Source of the DNA: Octopus vulgaris
Lineage: Eukaryota
NCBI GenBank assembly: GCA_951406725.2
Contig: OX597816.1
Span: forward strand, 26,412,001-26,476,000
Direction: 5' to 3'
Length of the DNA stretch: 64,000 nucleotides
Below are positions 1-13,699 of this stretch, piece by piece. The translations under genes and the position numbers were made by a program. The number at the start of each line of letters is the position of its first letter. Positions within the stretch are counted from its first letter, which is position 1. The notes under the pieces are model-generated. The model searched no databases, was not told the origin of the DNA, and saw only the letters and a program-made list of their open reading frames with translations.

Positions 1-79
1 TGTCGAATGTAAAAATCTTTTTGTTATAACTGGACATAATGTAACTGGACTTTAATACATTTACATATATATATACATT

Positions 80-138
<59 letters not shown>

Positions 139-740
139 TTATATGTATGTACGTATGTACATATATACATATATGTATGTATGTATTGTATATCTGTTGG
201 AAGCTGACTATAAAAATAATGAAAATACTAGCCACGTACAAAGTGAACTAAAGACATTTCGTCATGAAATTATTGCAGAAACGTCTATACTCACACAGTC
301 TATATATATATGTATATCAATGTATGTGTGAGAATGAAGAGGGGAGACAGAGTGTGTGTGTGTGTCTGTGTGTGTGTATGCGTGCTTGTATATATTTATA
401 TATATGTTTGTGTGTCCATGTGTGTGTGCATGAAATGATTTGACGACGAAATATTTCCAGTGGATGTAACTGTTACTTGACGATAACTGAAAAGTCATAA
501 CTTCCTGCTCAGCATATGTTCATTCTCTGATTAGCAGAATCTACTGACACACATTAATCGTACACACACATACACACACTCTCGCACACGCACACACATA
601 CACATACACACACACACACATAAACACGCACATAGACAGCTTCCTTCCCTAATTCTCAGAATTTATTTACAGACGTACATTTGTACGAATGTATATGTAT
701 ATAACTACAGATGCATACATGTGCGTGTTTGTATATTACA

Positions 741-775
<35 letters not shown>

Positions 776-1016
776 CAATGAAGAGTGAGGCATTCTCGAT
801 ATACGATCCCTCTTCAAACGTGCGATGTGCAACGGTTCAAATCACGAGAGTAACCGAAAAAATAAAGATAAATCGTTAGCTACACGAACACGTCTCTACC
901 ATCTGCCTAATTTCACTAGCACCATAAAAACAATCCTGTAAAACGTTGGAGACTTTTCTGCTGTATCTTGCATATATGTACACGCATACGCACACAAACT
1001 AACATCCACATATGTA

Positions 1017-1367
1017 CGAGGGGGTGCTGAAAAGTTCCTGGCTTTAAGGGTATCGCGAAAGGCCTAGTTAGGGACCCAACCTTCCGTGTTCTTTTACATG
1101 GCTTAGAAAATCTGAAGGATCAAGAGAAAAAAATTTAACAAACGTGATATACGAGAGGGTGACTAAAGGGTTTGGGCTTTAAGGGTATCGTGAAAGGTCT
1201 GGTTGGAGGCCCTACCTTCCGAGTTCTTTTATAGGGCTTAGAAAAACTGAAGGACCGTTGCAATAAGTGTGTGAATCTGAGAGGGGAATATGTTGGATGA
1301 AATCATAATTAACTCATCCTCCTGTATATTGTTTTACCCAAAGCCAGGAACTTTTCAACACCCCTCG
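1017..1367 (+). mobile_element. Mariner-derived MITE: truncated copy (1017-~1125) plus full copy (1152-1367)
   Basis: TIRs CGAGGGGGTGCTGAAAAGTTCCTGGCTTT / AAAGCCAGGAACTTTTCAACACCCCTCG, TA flanks, mariner C-terminal remnant GLEKLKDRCNKCVNLRGEYV. Confidence 0.85.
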
Positions 1368-2403
1368 TAAATGAATATATGTATACATACATTTATGTGT
1401 ATATGTGGGTGTTAATGTTTGACTGTATGTATGTGTGCGCGCAATATATTTACGTGTTATACATCGGTTTACTATTGTGCATACTAATGTGTATAGCATT
1501 TTTCATAAGTTCAACCAAAAAATATGCAAGTCCCTAACCAACGAGCTTAAAGTGCCACTGGATGATGTCCTCGATCTCCTAAGTTCCCTGCATATAGGAA
1601 ATAAAACGACGTGATAGTCACTGCTGGAACGCCTTTGATATTAATCCTGCTCGATCAGGGCTGATCGGGGGATACACAGCTACAGCAGCATTCTAAAGAG
1701 AATAATTCACAGCATAACACAACTACAGTTTACTGAGAGGAGATATTCAATGTGGATCTTCGACCGGCTAGAAATAGCAGATAAATTGAAACAGTAACTG
1801 AAATGATGTTTGATTGATCAGGGCCAATTTATCTGAATTTATTTGGAACTTGGCTAGCCATGGCTAACCACTATTTCTCTGTATTGAGTACAATATTATC
1901 CATAGTAACATTCCTTTTTATGACCGATAGTGGGTTTGGCTGCTATTTCTACATGGTCAAGAAGCCAAGAAGCCGTAGTCCAATGAGCGAAACCAGTAAA
2001 AGATAGAATTTAAATAAGAATATATAACAAATAAATTCCTGTGAAGGAACCACAACAATGGTAAATTTTGATTTTGGCACCGGGCCATGCAGTTTTGTAG
2101 GAAGAAGAACAGGCAATTGAATCTAACTTGATATTATTAAATTAGTATTTGTTGTAGTAAAGATCTTCTGAGATAAAAGACAAATTAGATCCATGCAGGT
2201 TTTGAATACATTATCATTTCAGTTAGCAACAACCGTTAAAGTATCTAAATTATCAAACAGACCTACCAAAACGAAAAGCATCCCGTATTTTTAGGGGATT
2301 AAGTAGGGCTACATCAAGCAATGTGCTTATTCTTTAAGGAAAATGGTAAGACTTGAGGGAGATCTAGCGTTGCTACATCTAGCAGATTCTCGATCATGTG
2401 GAG

Positions 2404-2698
2404 CAGTGGCTCTCACCCGGGGTCCATATGGCCCCTGAGGGTCCAAATAAGATTTGGAGGTGTGGGGGACGTAACAAAATAGTAAACTGTAGGTCAACAA
2501 TGGTATTTTAAGAGGCTCTGAAAAAAATTGCTTTAAGCGTAAAAGTGGTTGTGTGGTAAGTAGCTTGCTTACCAACCACATGGTCCCGGGTTCAGTCCCA
2601 CTGCGTGGCACCTTCGGCAAGTGTCTTCTACTATAGCCTCGGGCCGACCAAAGCCTTGTGAGTAGATTTGGTAGACGGAAACTGAAAGAAGCCCGTCG

Positions 2699-2790
<92 letters not shown>

Positions 2791-3022
2791 TGTGTGTATA
2801 CGTGTGTGTGTCTGTTTTTGTCCCCTCAGCATCGCTTGACAACCGATGCTGGTATGTTTACGTCCCCGTAACTTAGCGGTTCGGCAAAAGAGACCGATAG
2901 AATAAGTACTAGGCTTACAAAGAATAAGTCCTGGGGGTCGATTTGCTTGACTAAAAGTGGTGCTTGAGCATGGCCGCAGCCAAATGACTGAAACAAGTAA
3001 AAGAGTAAAAGAGTAACCCCTG
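2404..3022. mobile_element. hAT (Charlie-like) MITE interrupted by a SINE
   Basis: Ends CAGTGGCT... and ...AACCCCTG; 8-bp target duplication ATGTGGAG (2396-2403) / ATGTAGAG (3023-3030); SINE at about 2537-3014 inside. Confidence 0.65.
2537..3014 (+). mobile_element. tRNA-derived SINE family A (internal microsatellite, GAGTAAAA tail)
   Basis: A-box TGGTTGTGTGG, B-box GGTTCAGTCCC, conserved body. Other copies at about 13272-13680(+), 26983-27410(-), 39077-39489(-), 39868-40170(+), 47477-47895(-), 51845-52240(+), 55252-55640(-), 56343-56625(-), plus fragments. Confidence 0.9.
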
Positions 3023-3585
3023 ATGTAGAGGCTCTCTTGATAAATAACAATCCAGTCCCATGGATTAACAAAACTGTTAGTGTCTCGAACATCATATACA
3101 TAATGCTTTGCGCTTTCTGTCCTCACTCTTTGCGTACTGAGTTCAAATACTACTTGCTCTCACCCAACCGCTTACCGCAAGGAAAAGATTCGTTCAGGAC
3201 CCGGCTAATAGCGATTGGTTGATGGCCCTAACGCTGACAGAGCGACGAATCGATTGAACAATAAACTTTTCTTTAGATCTATGCATTATTTCAATTTGTT
3301 GCAGCAACGGTACTAGTAGTTATGTCTATTGTTGTTGTTGTGGTTATGGTTGTTGTTGATGTTGCTGTTTTTGGTATTTTGTTGTTGTTGTTTTGTAGCC
3401 CTCGGTCGACTTCGATCGAGCAAACGGATAATCAAAGAGATGTTCTACATATGATTATCACGCGTTTCCTTTCTTGTCTGGTTGTTTTTTTTTTTTTTTG
3501 ACATCTAGTATGTATGCATTCATATACACACACATGCACAAAGTGCGTATCCCGATTCTCTTATTATTATCATTATTATTATTAT

Positions 3586-3695
<110 letters not shown>

Positions 3696-3906
3696 TCATT
3701 ATTATTATTATTATTATTTTCAAAGAGATAGTGTTCCTGCCTGCTTGATGTAAAAGGGAACCTAAAAGAGTGGGTTTTTAAGTAGGATATCCGGTCCTAA
3801 AACACTGTTTCAAAAACAAAAAGTCCCATCCAACCCATAGCAGCATGGAAAAGCGGACGGGAAAAACGATGACAATGATGACGACGACGACGACGACAAC
3901 AAAGAC

Positions 3907-3956
<50 letters not shown>

Positions 3957-4069
3957 ACACTAAGTCATGCTGTCACGTTATCACGTACACACACATGCGC
4001 AGATATACCAAAAGAAACATAGAGCAATAATTTCTGCACCCCTATCATAGGAACTGAACTACACAACTT

Positions 4070-4214
4070 GTACATACATACATACATACATACATACATA
4101 CATACATACATACATACATACATACATACATACATACATACATACATACAAACATACATACATACATACATACATACATACATACATACATACATACATA
4201 CACACACACATACA

Positions 4215-4248
<34 letters not shown>

Positions 4249-4707
4249 CATACATACATACATACACATACATACATACATACATACATACATACTTACA
4301 TACAGAAATACATACATACATATATACATACATACATACAAACATATATACATACATACATACATACATACATACATACATACATACATACATACATACA
4401 TACATACATACATACATACATACATACATACATACATACGTACGTATAGCTAGGCACTCACAAACACACACACATGCACGCACAAAGACGCAATGACCTT
4501 CACACACATATTGTAACATTTTCCCTATGGGTCAGCATTAAATACCCACATATCTATACACAACAACGGCACTCACAAATACATGCTCATATACATACAC
4601 ACAAACACATCCTACAACTGGAACACCAGCTCGCATACATACTCACACAACTACATACACGCACCCCTATAACATATCACATAACGCATACTTATGTGTT
4701 TGTATGT

Positions 4708-4750
<43 letters not shown>

Positions 4751-4899
4751 GATATATATATATATATAATCTCTACAAGCTTATATGTATTCATACACAC
4801 ACACACACACACATATATATATATGTATATGTATATGTATGTATATATATGTGTGTATGTGTGTGTATATATATGTATATGTATATGTATGTATGTATA

Positions 4900-4949
<50 letters not shown>

Positions 4950-5035
4950 ATATACGTATATACATAGTACGCAGCTTTTTGTGCCTAAAACGCCCTGCAT
5001 AAATTTAAAAGCTATATACATACACACACACACAC

Positions 5036-5108
<73 letters not shown>

Positions 5109-5116
5109 TGTATATG

Positions 5117-5174
<58 letters not shown>

Positions 5175-5235
5175 AATACGTGCATCAAACAATCACACAC
5201 ACACACACATATACTCACTCACACACACACACGTA
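4070..5235. repeat. Long (TACA)n/(TA)n/(CA)n microsatellite field, representative of many in the window
   Basis: Direct inspection; similar fields at about 5725-6170, 7265-7720, 11868-12088, 17478-17763, 27413-28014, 30757-31236, 60335-60862 and 63328-63466. Confidence 0.98.
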
Positions 5236-5751
5236 CAAACAGATATACACACGTTATAACATAACACTATTGTGTGACATCAAATATAGTAATTTCACTG
5301 TCGCCGCAACATATGCTAATACGAAAGCACCAGATAACTTTTGCAGTATTTCGCTATTTCAGCTTCATTTCTCATTCACTTCCAACTGGTTACCAACTCC
5401 ATTTCGTTTTAATAATGTCAATTAGGTCTTTTCCGCTGTTGAACGTATTTTTTTTCTGCTAAAACAAAGAACTGGCCCATAAATAAAAGGATTTGCCAAT
5501 ACTTAAAGCGCTTGTCTCAGTAGTGACACAGTTAATATTGGAATGAACTAAGTTGTGTTAGATGTGGAAGGAAGGGAAAATAAGCGAACGTAGCTATGTG
5601 CTTGTGTTCGTGTGTGTGTGTGTCTGTATGTGTGCGTGCGTGTGTATACGTGTGTGTGTATGTGTGTGTACTTATATAGCTATATAAGCTATATACACGT
5701 GAATATGTATATACATAATATAAATATAGATAGATAGATAGACAGACAGAC

Positions 5752-5857
<106 letters not shown>

Positions 5858-5898
5858 GTAGGTATATAGGTAGGTAGGTAGGTAGGTAGGTAGGTAGG

Positions 5899-5936
<38 letters not shown>

Positions 5937-6082
5937 GTTAGATAGATATATAGATAAATAGATAAATAGATGGATGGATGGATGGATGGTGCTATGTTTC
6001 TTAATTTTGTTTTTGACTTTTTCATATTTGTATACAATGTTATGCGTACGTCCGACTATATGTATTTATCTCTTTCTTTCTC

Positions 6083-6133
<51 letters not shown>

Positions 6134-7261
6134 ACATACATGTACACACACACACACACACACACACACTTACGCTCACACACAGACATACACATGTATA
6201 TTCATTCCCACTCTATACTAAAATGGACGTCACCTAACGCGAGCAGCTTATCTTTGTTCTACCGTTTGGTTCCATCTTTACACGTGTTAGACTATATACA
6301 ATCACATGGAGTACGTATTTGATCAGAGTAGCCGCCATTTTGGCGGGCAAACTATTTTGCCAAGTATTCTATCTTACCAGAACTCTACCATTGTTAATGC
6401 ATTCCTGGATACATTTTTTATTAAAATAAAAGACCAGATAAACATAGCAAAAAAAAAATTCAAGATCCCAAAACAGTGTGACTTGGGAGCCTATAAAATT
6501 GGAGTTACACATTGGATAAGACTGAACTAAATATACTACATGTGAATAGAATACGGGCTAAACATGGCTGATTACATTTTTAGTCATAAGCCCTACATGA
6601 TCAGAGCTGAACAAAGTCACCGTCAACAACACAGACCAACGAAGTAGTTTTCTATACTGTCGATCGATCTGCTGAAAATTTTAGCCAAATCTCTCTTAAA
6701 GCATACTGTACATTCTTAGAAGTAGATATATAGGCCTAGATACAGTCGATAAAATTGGATGGGCACGGCTGAAATGTCTTTGATTATTATGTCTGCTCGA
6801 TCAGGGCTAAACTGGGTCTAAACAACGTCAGTGGCATCGTGGTAACCTTTATTTCTACACGAGGGTGACTAGGACAATGCGAGTAAATGTGTTACTCTTT
6901 GCCTAATGCTGCGATTAAATACCTCAGCCTAGAAAAAATATGTAATAATTTATTTAACTTCTAAAAGGGATGAATTACCAAGAAAAAAGAAAGATAAACA
7001 ATAATTCCAGTGACAGTGTAGAAGTAGTAGAGGAAATACAGCAAAGGAAAGAGAGAGTGAGAGAGAGAAGAGAGAGGAAGAGAAAAGACGAAACAGAGAG
7101 AGAGATAAATATAGAGAAGTCGAAACAGAGAGAAAGAGAGAAAAGAAAAGTGTGAAGTCACAAAGATTCATTAATAAATATAAATTGGAATAGTTTTATT
7201 ACAGATAATTATACCGTCATGGATTGATTTATAGGCCAGAGGCGATCCACCAGATCTTTAC

Positions 7262-7322
<61 letters not shown>

Positions 7323-7340
7323 ATCTCTCTCTCTCTCTTT

Positions 7341-7371
<31 letters not shown>

Positions 7372-7464
7372 CTGTCTACTCCCTGCTCACTGATAGGTAT
7401 ATATGAACAAATATGTATACATACATGCCTACATATAGACAGATAGATAGACAGATAGACAGAC

Positions 7465-7539
<75 letters not shown>

Positions 7540-7598
7540 GATCAATATATATACATATATATGTGTGTGTGTTATATATATATGTATTTATATATATT

Positions 7599-7630
<32 letters not shown>

Positions 7631-7647
7631 CATGTATATATATATAT

Positions 7648-7721
<74 letters not shown>

Positions 7722-7868
7722 TTTTTAAGTCTGGTAATAAAATAATAATGATTTTACATTAAAATGAAAGAAGACTCAATACATTTTGTAGAGAACGTTT
7801 TTTTTTTTACATGAAAAGTGCTGACAGAGACTTCGAAGTTTCGGCTTGCTTAGTTCTAGCCTAGCTCA

Positions 7869-8270
7869 AAGGCGGCGAGCTGGCAGAAACGTTAGCACGC
7901 CGGGTGAAATGCTTAGCGGTATTTCGTCTGTCGCTACGTTCTAAGTTCAAATTCTACCGAGGTCGACTTTGCCTTTCATCCTTCCGGGGTCGATTAAATA
8001 AGTACCAGTTACGCACTGGGGTCGATATAATTGTCTTAATCCGTTTGTCTGTCCTTGTTTGTCCTCTCTGTGTTTAGCCCCTTGTTGGTAGTAAAGAAAT
8101 AGGTATTTCGTCTGTCTTTGCGTCCTGAGTTCAAATTCCGTCGAGATCGACTTTGCCTTTCGTCCTTTCGTGGTCGATAAATTAAGTACCAGTTACGTAC
8201 TTGTGTGGATTTAATCGACTGGCTCCCTCCCCAAATTTTTCGGGCCTTGTGCCTAGAGTAGAAAAGAACC
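7869..8270 (+). mobile_element. tRNA-derived CORE-type SINE family B (dimeric)
   Basis: Head GGCGGCGAGCTGGCAGAA...GTTCAAATTC, core GCCTTTCATCCTT.CGGGGTCGA..AAATAAGTACCAG. Other copies at about 16870-17257(-), 22632-22782(-), 33355-33575(-), 34826-35000(+), 42680-42880(-), 43228-43645(+), 46760-47075(-), 50414-50620(+). Confidence 0.9.
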
Positions 8271-9084
8271 CAAACATTTTACGTTTTGCAAATATACATG
8301 TGCATACTTAGTATATATAATATAGTATAACACAGTATGTGTTACTTATATATTTATTACATACACACATGTAGTATACATATCTATACATATGTACATA
8401 CACACACACACACACACAAACACACACATACACACACACATTCACGCATGTGGTAGATGCATCGAAATGCTTAAAGACACAATTAACCGTATGTAAGAAC
8501 GTCAATATGGAAACGATGTATGTATACATATACATGTGAGTGTGTGTGTGTATATGTGGGTGGATGTTTGTATGTGTGTGTGTGTATATGTGGGTGGGTG
8601 TTTGTATGTGTGTGTGTGTGTATGCCAAGTACACAATTCTACAATAGACATTATGAACTCATGAGGATGATGGTGGTGAAGATGATGGAAGCGGTTGTAG
8701 CGGTGGTGGTGGTGGTGGTGGTGGTGATGGTGGAAGCGGTGGTGAGATGTAAACGTTAAAAACTGATTACTAAGTGAATGCAGATGCCATGGAAATCTTT
8801 GTGGTCACTGGGTACGAAATTGTGCGCTGTGTTTTTTTTTTTTTTTTTTTTTTTTTGCTGTGTGGGAACCGAGCCAAAGGCAGCAGCAGCTACAGAGACA
8901 AATTTAGCAGCAGAAGCACCAGCAATCCAAGCGACAACAGCAACAGCAGCAGGAGGTGCAATTTATGCGACACCAGCAGCATCAGCAGTAGCGATAGTTG
9001 CTGCTTATTGCAAATCGGTCGTCATGAAACAGACCCGTCACATACAAAAGCATCCTGTATTTTTTAGGGATTGGAGTAAGACTT

Positions 9085-9324
9085 ACTCTCTTTTACTCTT
9101 TTTACTCTTTTACTTGTTTCAGTCATTTGACTGCGGCCATGCTGGAGCATCGCATTTTAGTCGAGCAAATCGACCCCACCAAGACTTATTCTTTTATAAG
9201 CCCAGTACTTATTCTATCGGTCTCTTTTGCCGAACCGCTAAGTGACGGGGACGTAAACACACCAGCATCGGTTGTCCAGCAATGCTAGGGGAACAAACAC
9301 AGACACACAAACATATACACACAC

Positions 9325-9365
<41 letters not shown>

Positions 9366-9887
9366 TACGACAGGCTTCTTTCAGTTTCCGTCTACCAAAT
9401 CCACTCACAAGGCATTGGTCGGCCCAGGGCTATAGCAGAAGACACTTGCCCAAGATGCCACGCAGTGAGACTGAACCAGGAACCATGTGGTTGGTTAGCA
9501 AGCTACTCTCTTTTACACTTTTTACTCTTTTACTTGTTTCAGTCATTTGACAGCGGCCATGCTGGAGCACCGCCTTTAGTCGAGCAAATCGAGCCCCCGA
9601 GACTTATTCTTTGTAAGCCCAGTACTTATTCTATCGGTCTCTTTTGCCGAACCGCTAAGTGACGGGGACGTAAACACACCAGCATCGGTTGTCAAGCAAT
9701 GCTAGGGGGACAAACACAGACACACAAATACACACACATACATATATATATAGACCCCGGGACTTATTCTTTTGTAAGCCCAGTACTTATTCTATCGGTC
9801 TCTTTTGCCGAACCGCTAAGTGACGGGGGCGTAAGCACACCAGCATCGGTTGTCAAGTAATGTTAGGGGGCAAACACAGACACACAA

Positions 9888-9918
<31 letters not shown>

Positions 9919-10478
9919 CGACAGGCTTCTTTCAGTTTCCGTCTACCAAATCCACTCACAAGGCATTGGTCGGCCCAGGGCTATAGCAGAAGACACTTGC
10001 CCAAGATGCCACGCAATGGGACTGAACCTGGAACCATGTGGTTGGTTAGCAAGCTACTCTCTTTTACACTTTTTACTCTTTTACTTGTTTCAGTCATTTG
10101 ACTGCGGCCATGCTGGAGCACCGCCTTTAGTCGAGCAAATCGAACCCCGGGACTTATTCTTTGTAAGCCCAGTACTTATTCTATCGGTCTCTTTCGCCGG
10201 ACCGCTAAGTGACGGGGACGTAAACACACCAGCATCGGTTGTCAAGCAATGCAAGGGGGACAAACACAGACACACAAACACACACACACACACATATATA
10301 TATATACATATATACGACAGGCTTCTTTCAGTTTCCGTCTACCAAATCCACTCACAAGGCATTGGTCGGCCCAGGGATATAGCAGAAGGCACTTGCCCAA
10401 GATGCCACGCAGTGGGACTGAACCAGGAACCATGTGGTTGGTTAGCAAGCTACTTACCACACAGCCACTCCTGCGCCT
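9085..10478 (-). repeat. Head-to-tail tandem array of ~3.5 family A SINE units
   Basis: Identical junction GTTAGCAAGCTACTCTCTTTTACACTTTTTACTC at about 9495 and 10045; shared private variants (GGCATTGGTCGGCCCAGGG, AAGATGCCACGC). Confidence 0.9.
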
Positions 10479-10559
10479 ATTACGTTATATTTAATCTAGC
10501 AAATGTGTTCGTTCTTAATTGAAAATGGTTTTGTACGATTTGGGGAAGATCTGGCGGTC

Positions 10560-10865
10560 TGTCGCTTACGACGGCGTGGGTTCCAGTTGATCCGATCAAC
10601 CGATTAACCTGCTCGTGAAATTAACGTGTGAGTGGCTGAGCACTCCACAGACACGCGTTCGTTCTCAGGGAGATTCAGCGTGACACATATTGTGACAAGG
10701 CTGGCCTTTTGAAATGTAGGTACTACTCATTTTTGGCTGCTGAGTGTACTAGAGCAACGTGAAATTAAGTGTCTTGCTCAAGGAGACAACGCGCCGCCGG
10801 GAATCGAACTCAAGGTCTTACGATCGGGAGCCGATTACCCTAGCCACTCAACCACGCACCCTCAC
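10560..10865 (-). mobile_element. tRNA-derived SINE with a conserved tail shared with about 35415-35600 and 56626-56870
   Basis: tRNA-like head at the right end; shared block GTTCCAGTTGATCCGATCAAC...CTCGTGAAATTAACGTG...GGGAGATTCAGCGTGACAC. Confidence 0.75.
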
Positions 10866-11249
10866 TAAGGGAGATCTATCGCTGTTCTATCGCTGTGTCT
10901 ATTACATCGCTCAATCATGTTAGTAAGGCATCGAACAACATTTTTCAAAAATCGGGGCCGCATAAGACATGGCTCAACATCAGATGGGCTGCACTACTAA
11001 AAAGATTCAAGGTAACTTTTCGATGGGTGTGCCATTCAGAAACTACTGCTTGCCCCTGACAAACGGTACATTGCAGGGGCTCCCTCGATGAATAAAATAC
11101 TAATGCAGAGCCATTATTTGGCAGAAATTTTAGAGCCTCGAACATCAAACATGATCCCTTGCAGTTTCTGTTCCAGCTATTTGTGTACTTAGTTAAAACT
11201 CTACTTCCTCTTATTGGCCCCTTATAATGGGAAAGGGATTTTTTCTGAC

Positions 11250-11399
11250 CCTCGCCAAGCAAATGGGAAGCAGTAATTGAAGTAGATGGTAAATATGCTC
11301 CGGAATAATCATTTAAAGATGTTTTTGTTACATGTCGTTATTGTTTTCGTTGAATAAAATTTGTTGAAAAAATGCCGCAATAATTATGCACCAACCCAA
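11250..11399 (+). mobile_element. Mariner 3' end remnant
   Basis: KWEAVIEVDGKYAPE* followed by a mariner-type terminus CCGCAATAATTATGCACCAACCCAA-TA. Confidence 0.65.
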
Positions 11400-11531
11400 T
11401 AAAAAATAATAGAAAATTTAGACAAACACGTATAATTAGATTAGTGAGTTTAAATGCTGAGTAGAGTACCGGCACAGTTTAGGCTATCTGTTGTCATCCG
11501 TAGTTGTGGTACACTTCAGTTTTCGAATTAG

Positions 11532-11574
11532 GTACAACATGTTTCGACCCATCAGTCAGGGTCTCTTCAGGTGC
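11532..11574 (-). ncRNA. Type I hammerhead ribozyme motif
   Basis: Minus strand GCAC-CTGAAGA-GACCC-TGACTGAT-GGGTC-GAAAC-AT-GTT-GTAC: perfect 5-bp stem II, palindromic stem III ACATGT, stem I with one mismatch; a (TA)n tract lies ~75 bp away. Confidence 0.75.
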
Positions 11575-11670
11575 ATTGATAAAGAAGTCTCACTAGAGAT
11601 TTTAGTGTAGGCTGGCTTCTTATATGCCTATCCAGTTCGAGAATTATTATATATATATATATATATATAT

Positions 11671-11728
<58 letters not shown>

Positions 11729-11864
11729 GGAGTTTAACGCAGGCATAATTCAAATACTTTTACTTCCGACACATTTACTTGTGGGATTTTTTTGCTACCC
11801 TGGTAGCAAAAATATTTATCTATTTTTTCCGTGTTAATTGTTAACAAGGGAAAAAATACACTCA

Positions 11865-11914
<50 letters not shown>

Positions 11915-12048
11915 CATACATACATACATACATACATACAAACATACATACATACATACATACATACACACATATATACATACATACATACGTACGTACA
12001 TACATACATACATACATACATACATACATACATACATACATACATACA

Positions 12049-12084
<36 letters not shown>

Positions 12085-12504
12085 CATATGACGAGGGAAG
12101 GTAGAAAATTGTTGTCATAAGTGTATTACAGTGAAATCTAAACCGGAATCTCGTAGTTGCGATACAAACTTCGTAACCACATAACCATGTTTGCCCCAAT
12201 TTTTTTTTCTTTCTGCCTTTTTCTTTTTATACATATAAACTTGTATCACAGCCAATCAGCCAACCTATGACATGTGGAAAAACTTGTTAGAAAGAATAGA
12301 ATTTCACCAAAAAGAAAAAAAGAAAAAGAAAAGCGCTCTTCCTACTACTCAAGAAGAGAAGAAAAGGCAAATAGACTAAATGCAAAAATGATGCAAATCG
12401 TATTAGATGTTGTCTATCGTTTAGCAAAATGGAAGGACACCTGAAACTGAAATAGAAGCTAAATCTTGTTCAAATCATACCTTGCCGTTTAAAAGAAAAA
12501 CAGG

Positions 12505-12770
12505 GCACATAGAAGCCGCCTTGACTGGCTTCTGTGCCGGTGGCACGTAAAAAGCACCGACCGATCGTAGCCGCTACCAGCCTCCCCTGGCAGCTGTGCC
12601 GGTGGTACGTAAAAAGCACACACTACACTCACGGAGTGGTTGGCGTTAGGAAGGGCATCCAGCTGTAGAAACACTGCTAGATCATATTGGAGCTTGGTGC
12701 TACTTCCTAGGTTCCCAGACCCCGGTCGAACCGTCCAACCCGAGCTAGCACGGGAAACGGACGTTAAACA

Positions 12771-12813
<43 letters not shown>
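12505..12813 (+). mobile_element. SINE 3' part with RTE-type tail and (GAT)n end; related tail at about 3740-3953
   Basis: Internal repeat TGTGCCGGTGG(C/T)ACGTAAAAAGCAC x2, GTTGGCGTTAGGAAGGGCATCCAGC motif, ends ACGGACGTTAAAC(A)ATGATGAT. Confidence 0.7.
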
Positions 12814-12815
<2 letters not shown>

Positions 12816-13699
12816 AGGTTGTTAGATTGTTTTCTTGATATCCTCATAAAGACAGGATTGTTATCGCTGTGTAATCTTTGATCATAGGTATGCTCGGTCT
12901 TGATTAGCCTAAAGTGCTAATCTCTCTTAAGCCAAACCCTATTCTGAAAGCAGCGGAGCATTTTTGGATTTTAGAGGTTCTCAGTGAAGCACTAGTGGAC
13001 AGAAACCCTTGAGGGTTATTTATAATAGTAATAGTCTTGTTGCAGCTATTGCAGATGTTGTTGCTGTTGTTACTGCTGTTTAAGCTTTGGTCAATCTTGA
13101 TAGGGCAAATGTTTATAAAATATCCTTTCGTGTCCCTCTAAGATTTGTTTGTGTTTTCAGATTTAGTTTATCCAAGACCACATTATTCCAATGTGGGTCC
13201 TTTTTTAAAAGTTATGATGAGATTAAAGGGAGATTTGGTTAATATTTCTAATAGTTCAAGAAGCTGTGTAGAGAGTGGCTGTGTGGTAAGTAGTTTGTTT
13301 ACCAACTACATGGTTCCAGGTTCAGTCCCACTGCGTGGCACCTTGGGCAAGTGTCTTCTACTATAGCCTCGGGCCGACCAAAGCCTTGTGAGTGGATTTG
13401 GTAGACGGAAACTGAAAGAAGCCCGTCGTATATATGTATATATGTATATATGTGTATATGTTTGTGTATCTGTGTTTGTACCCCCAACATCACTTGACAA
13501 CCGATGCTGGTGTGTTTACATCCCCGTAACTTAGCGGTTCGGCAAAAGAGACCGATAGAATAAGTACTGGGCTTACAATGAATAAGTCCTGGGGTCGACT
13601 TGCTCGACTGAAGGCGGTGCTCCAGCATGGCCACAGACAAATGACTGAAACAAGTAAAAGAGTAAAAGAGAGTAAAGAGTATTCCTTCCATGGCCCGGT

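Noticed and set aside
8774-9245. Ala/Ser-rich ORFs over a CAG-rich stretch
   Set aside because: Degenerate (CAG)n running into a SINE; the Gln frame contains stops.
9085-10478. CRISPR-like repeat-spacer periodicity
   Set aside because: Units are ~420-bp eukaryotic SINEs with no unique spacers and no cas genes.
9860-10522. Recurrent peptides such as RLPNPLTR, DCGHAGAPP and STYSIGLFCRTAK
   Set aside because: Translations of SINE family A, recurring at every copy.
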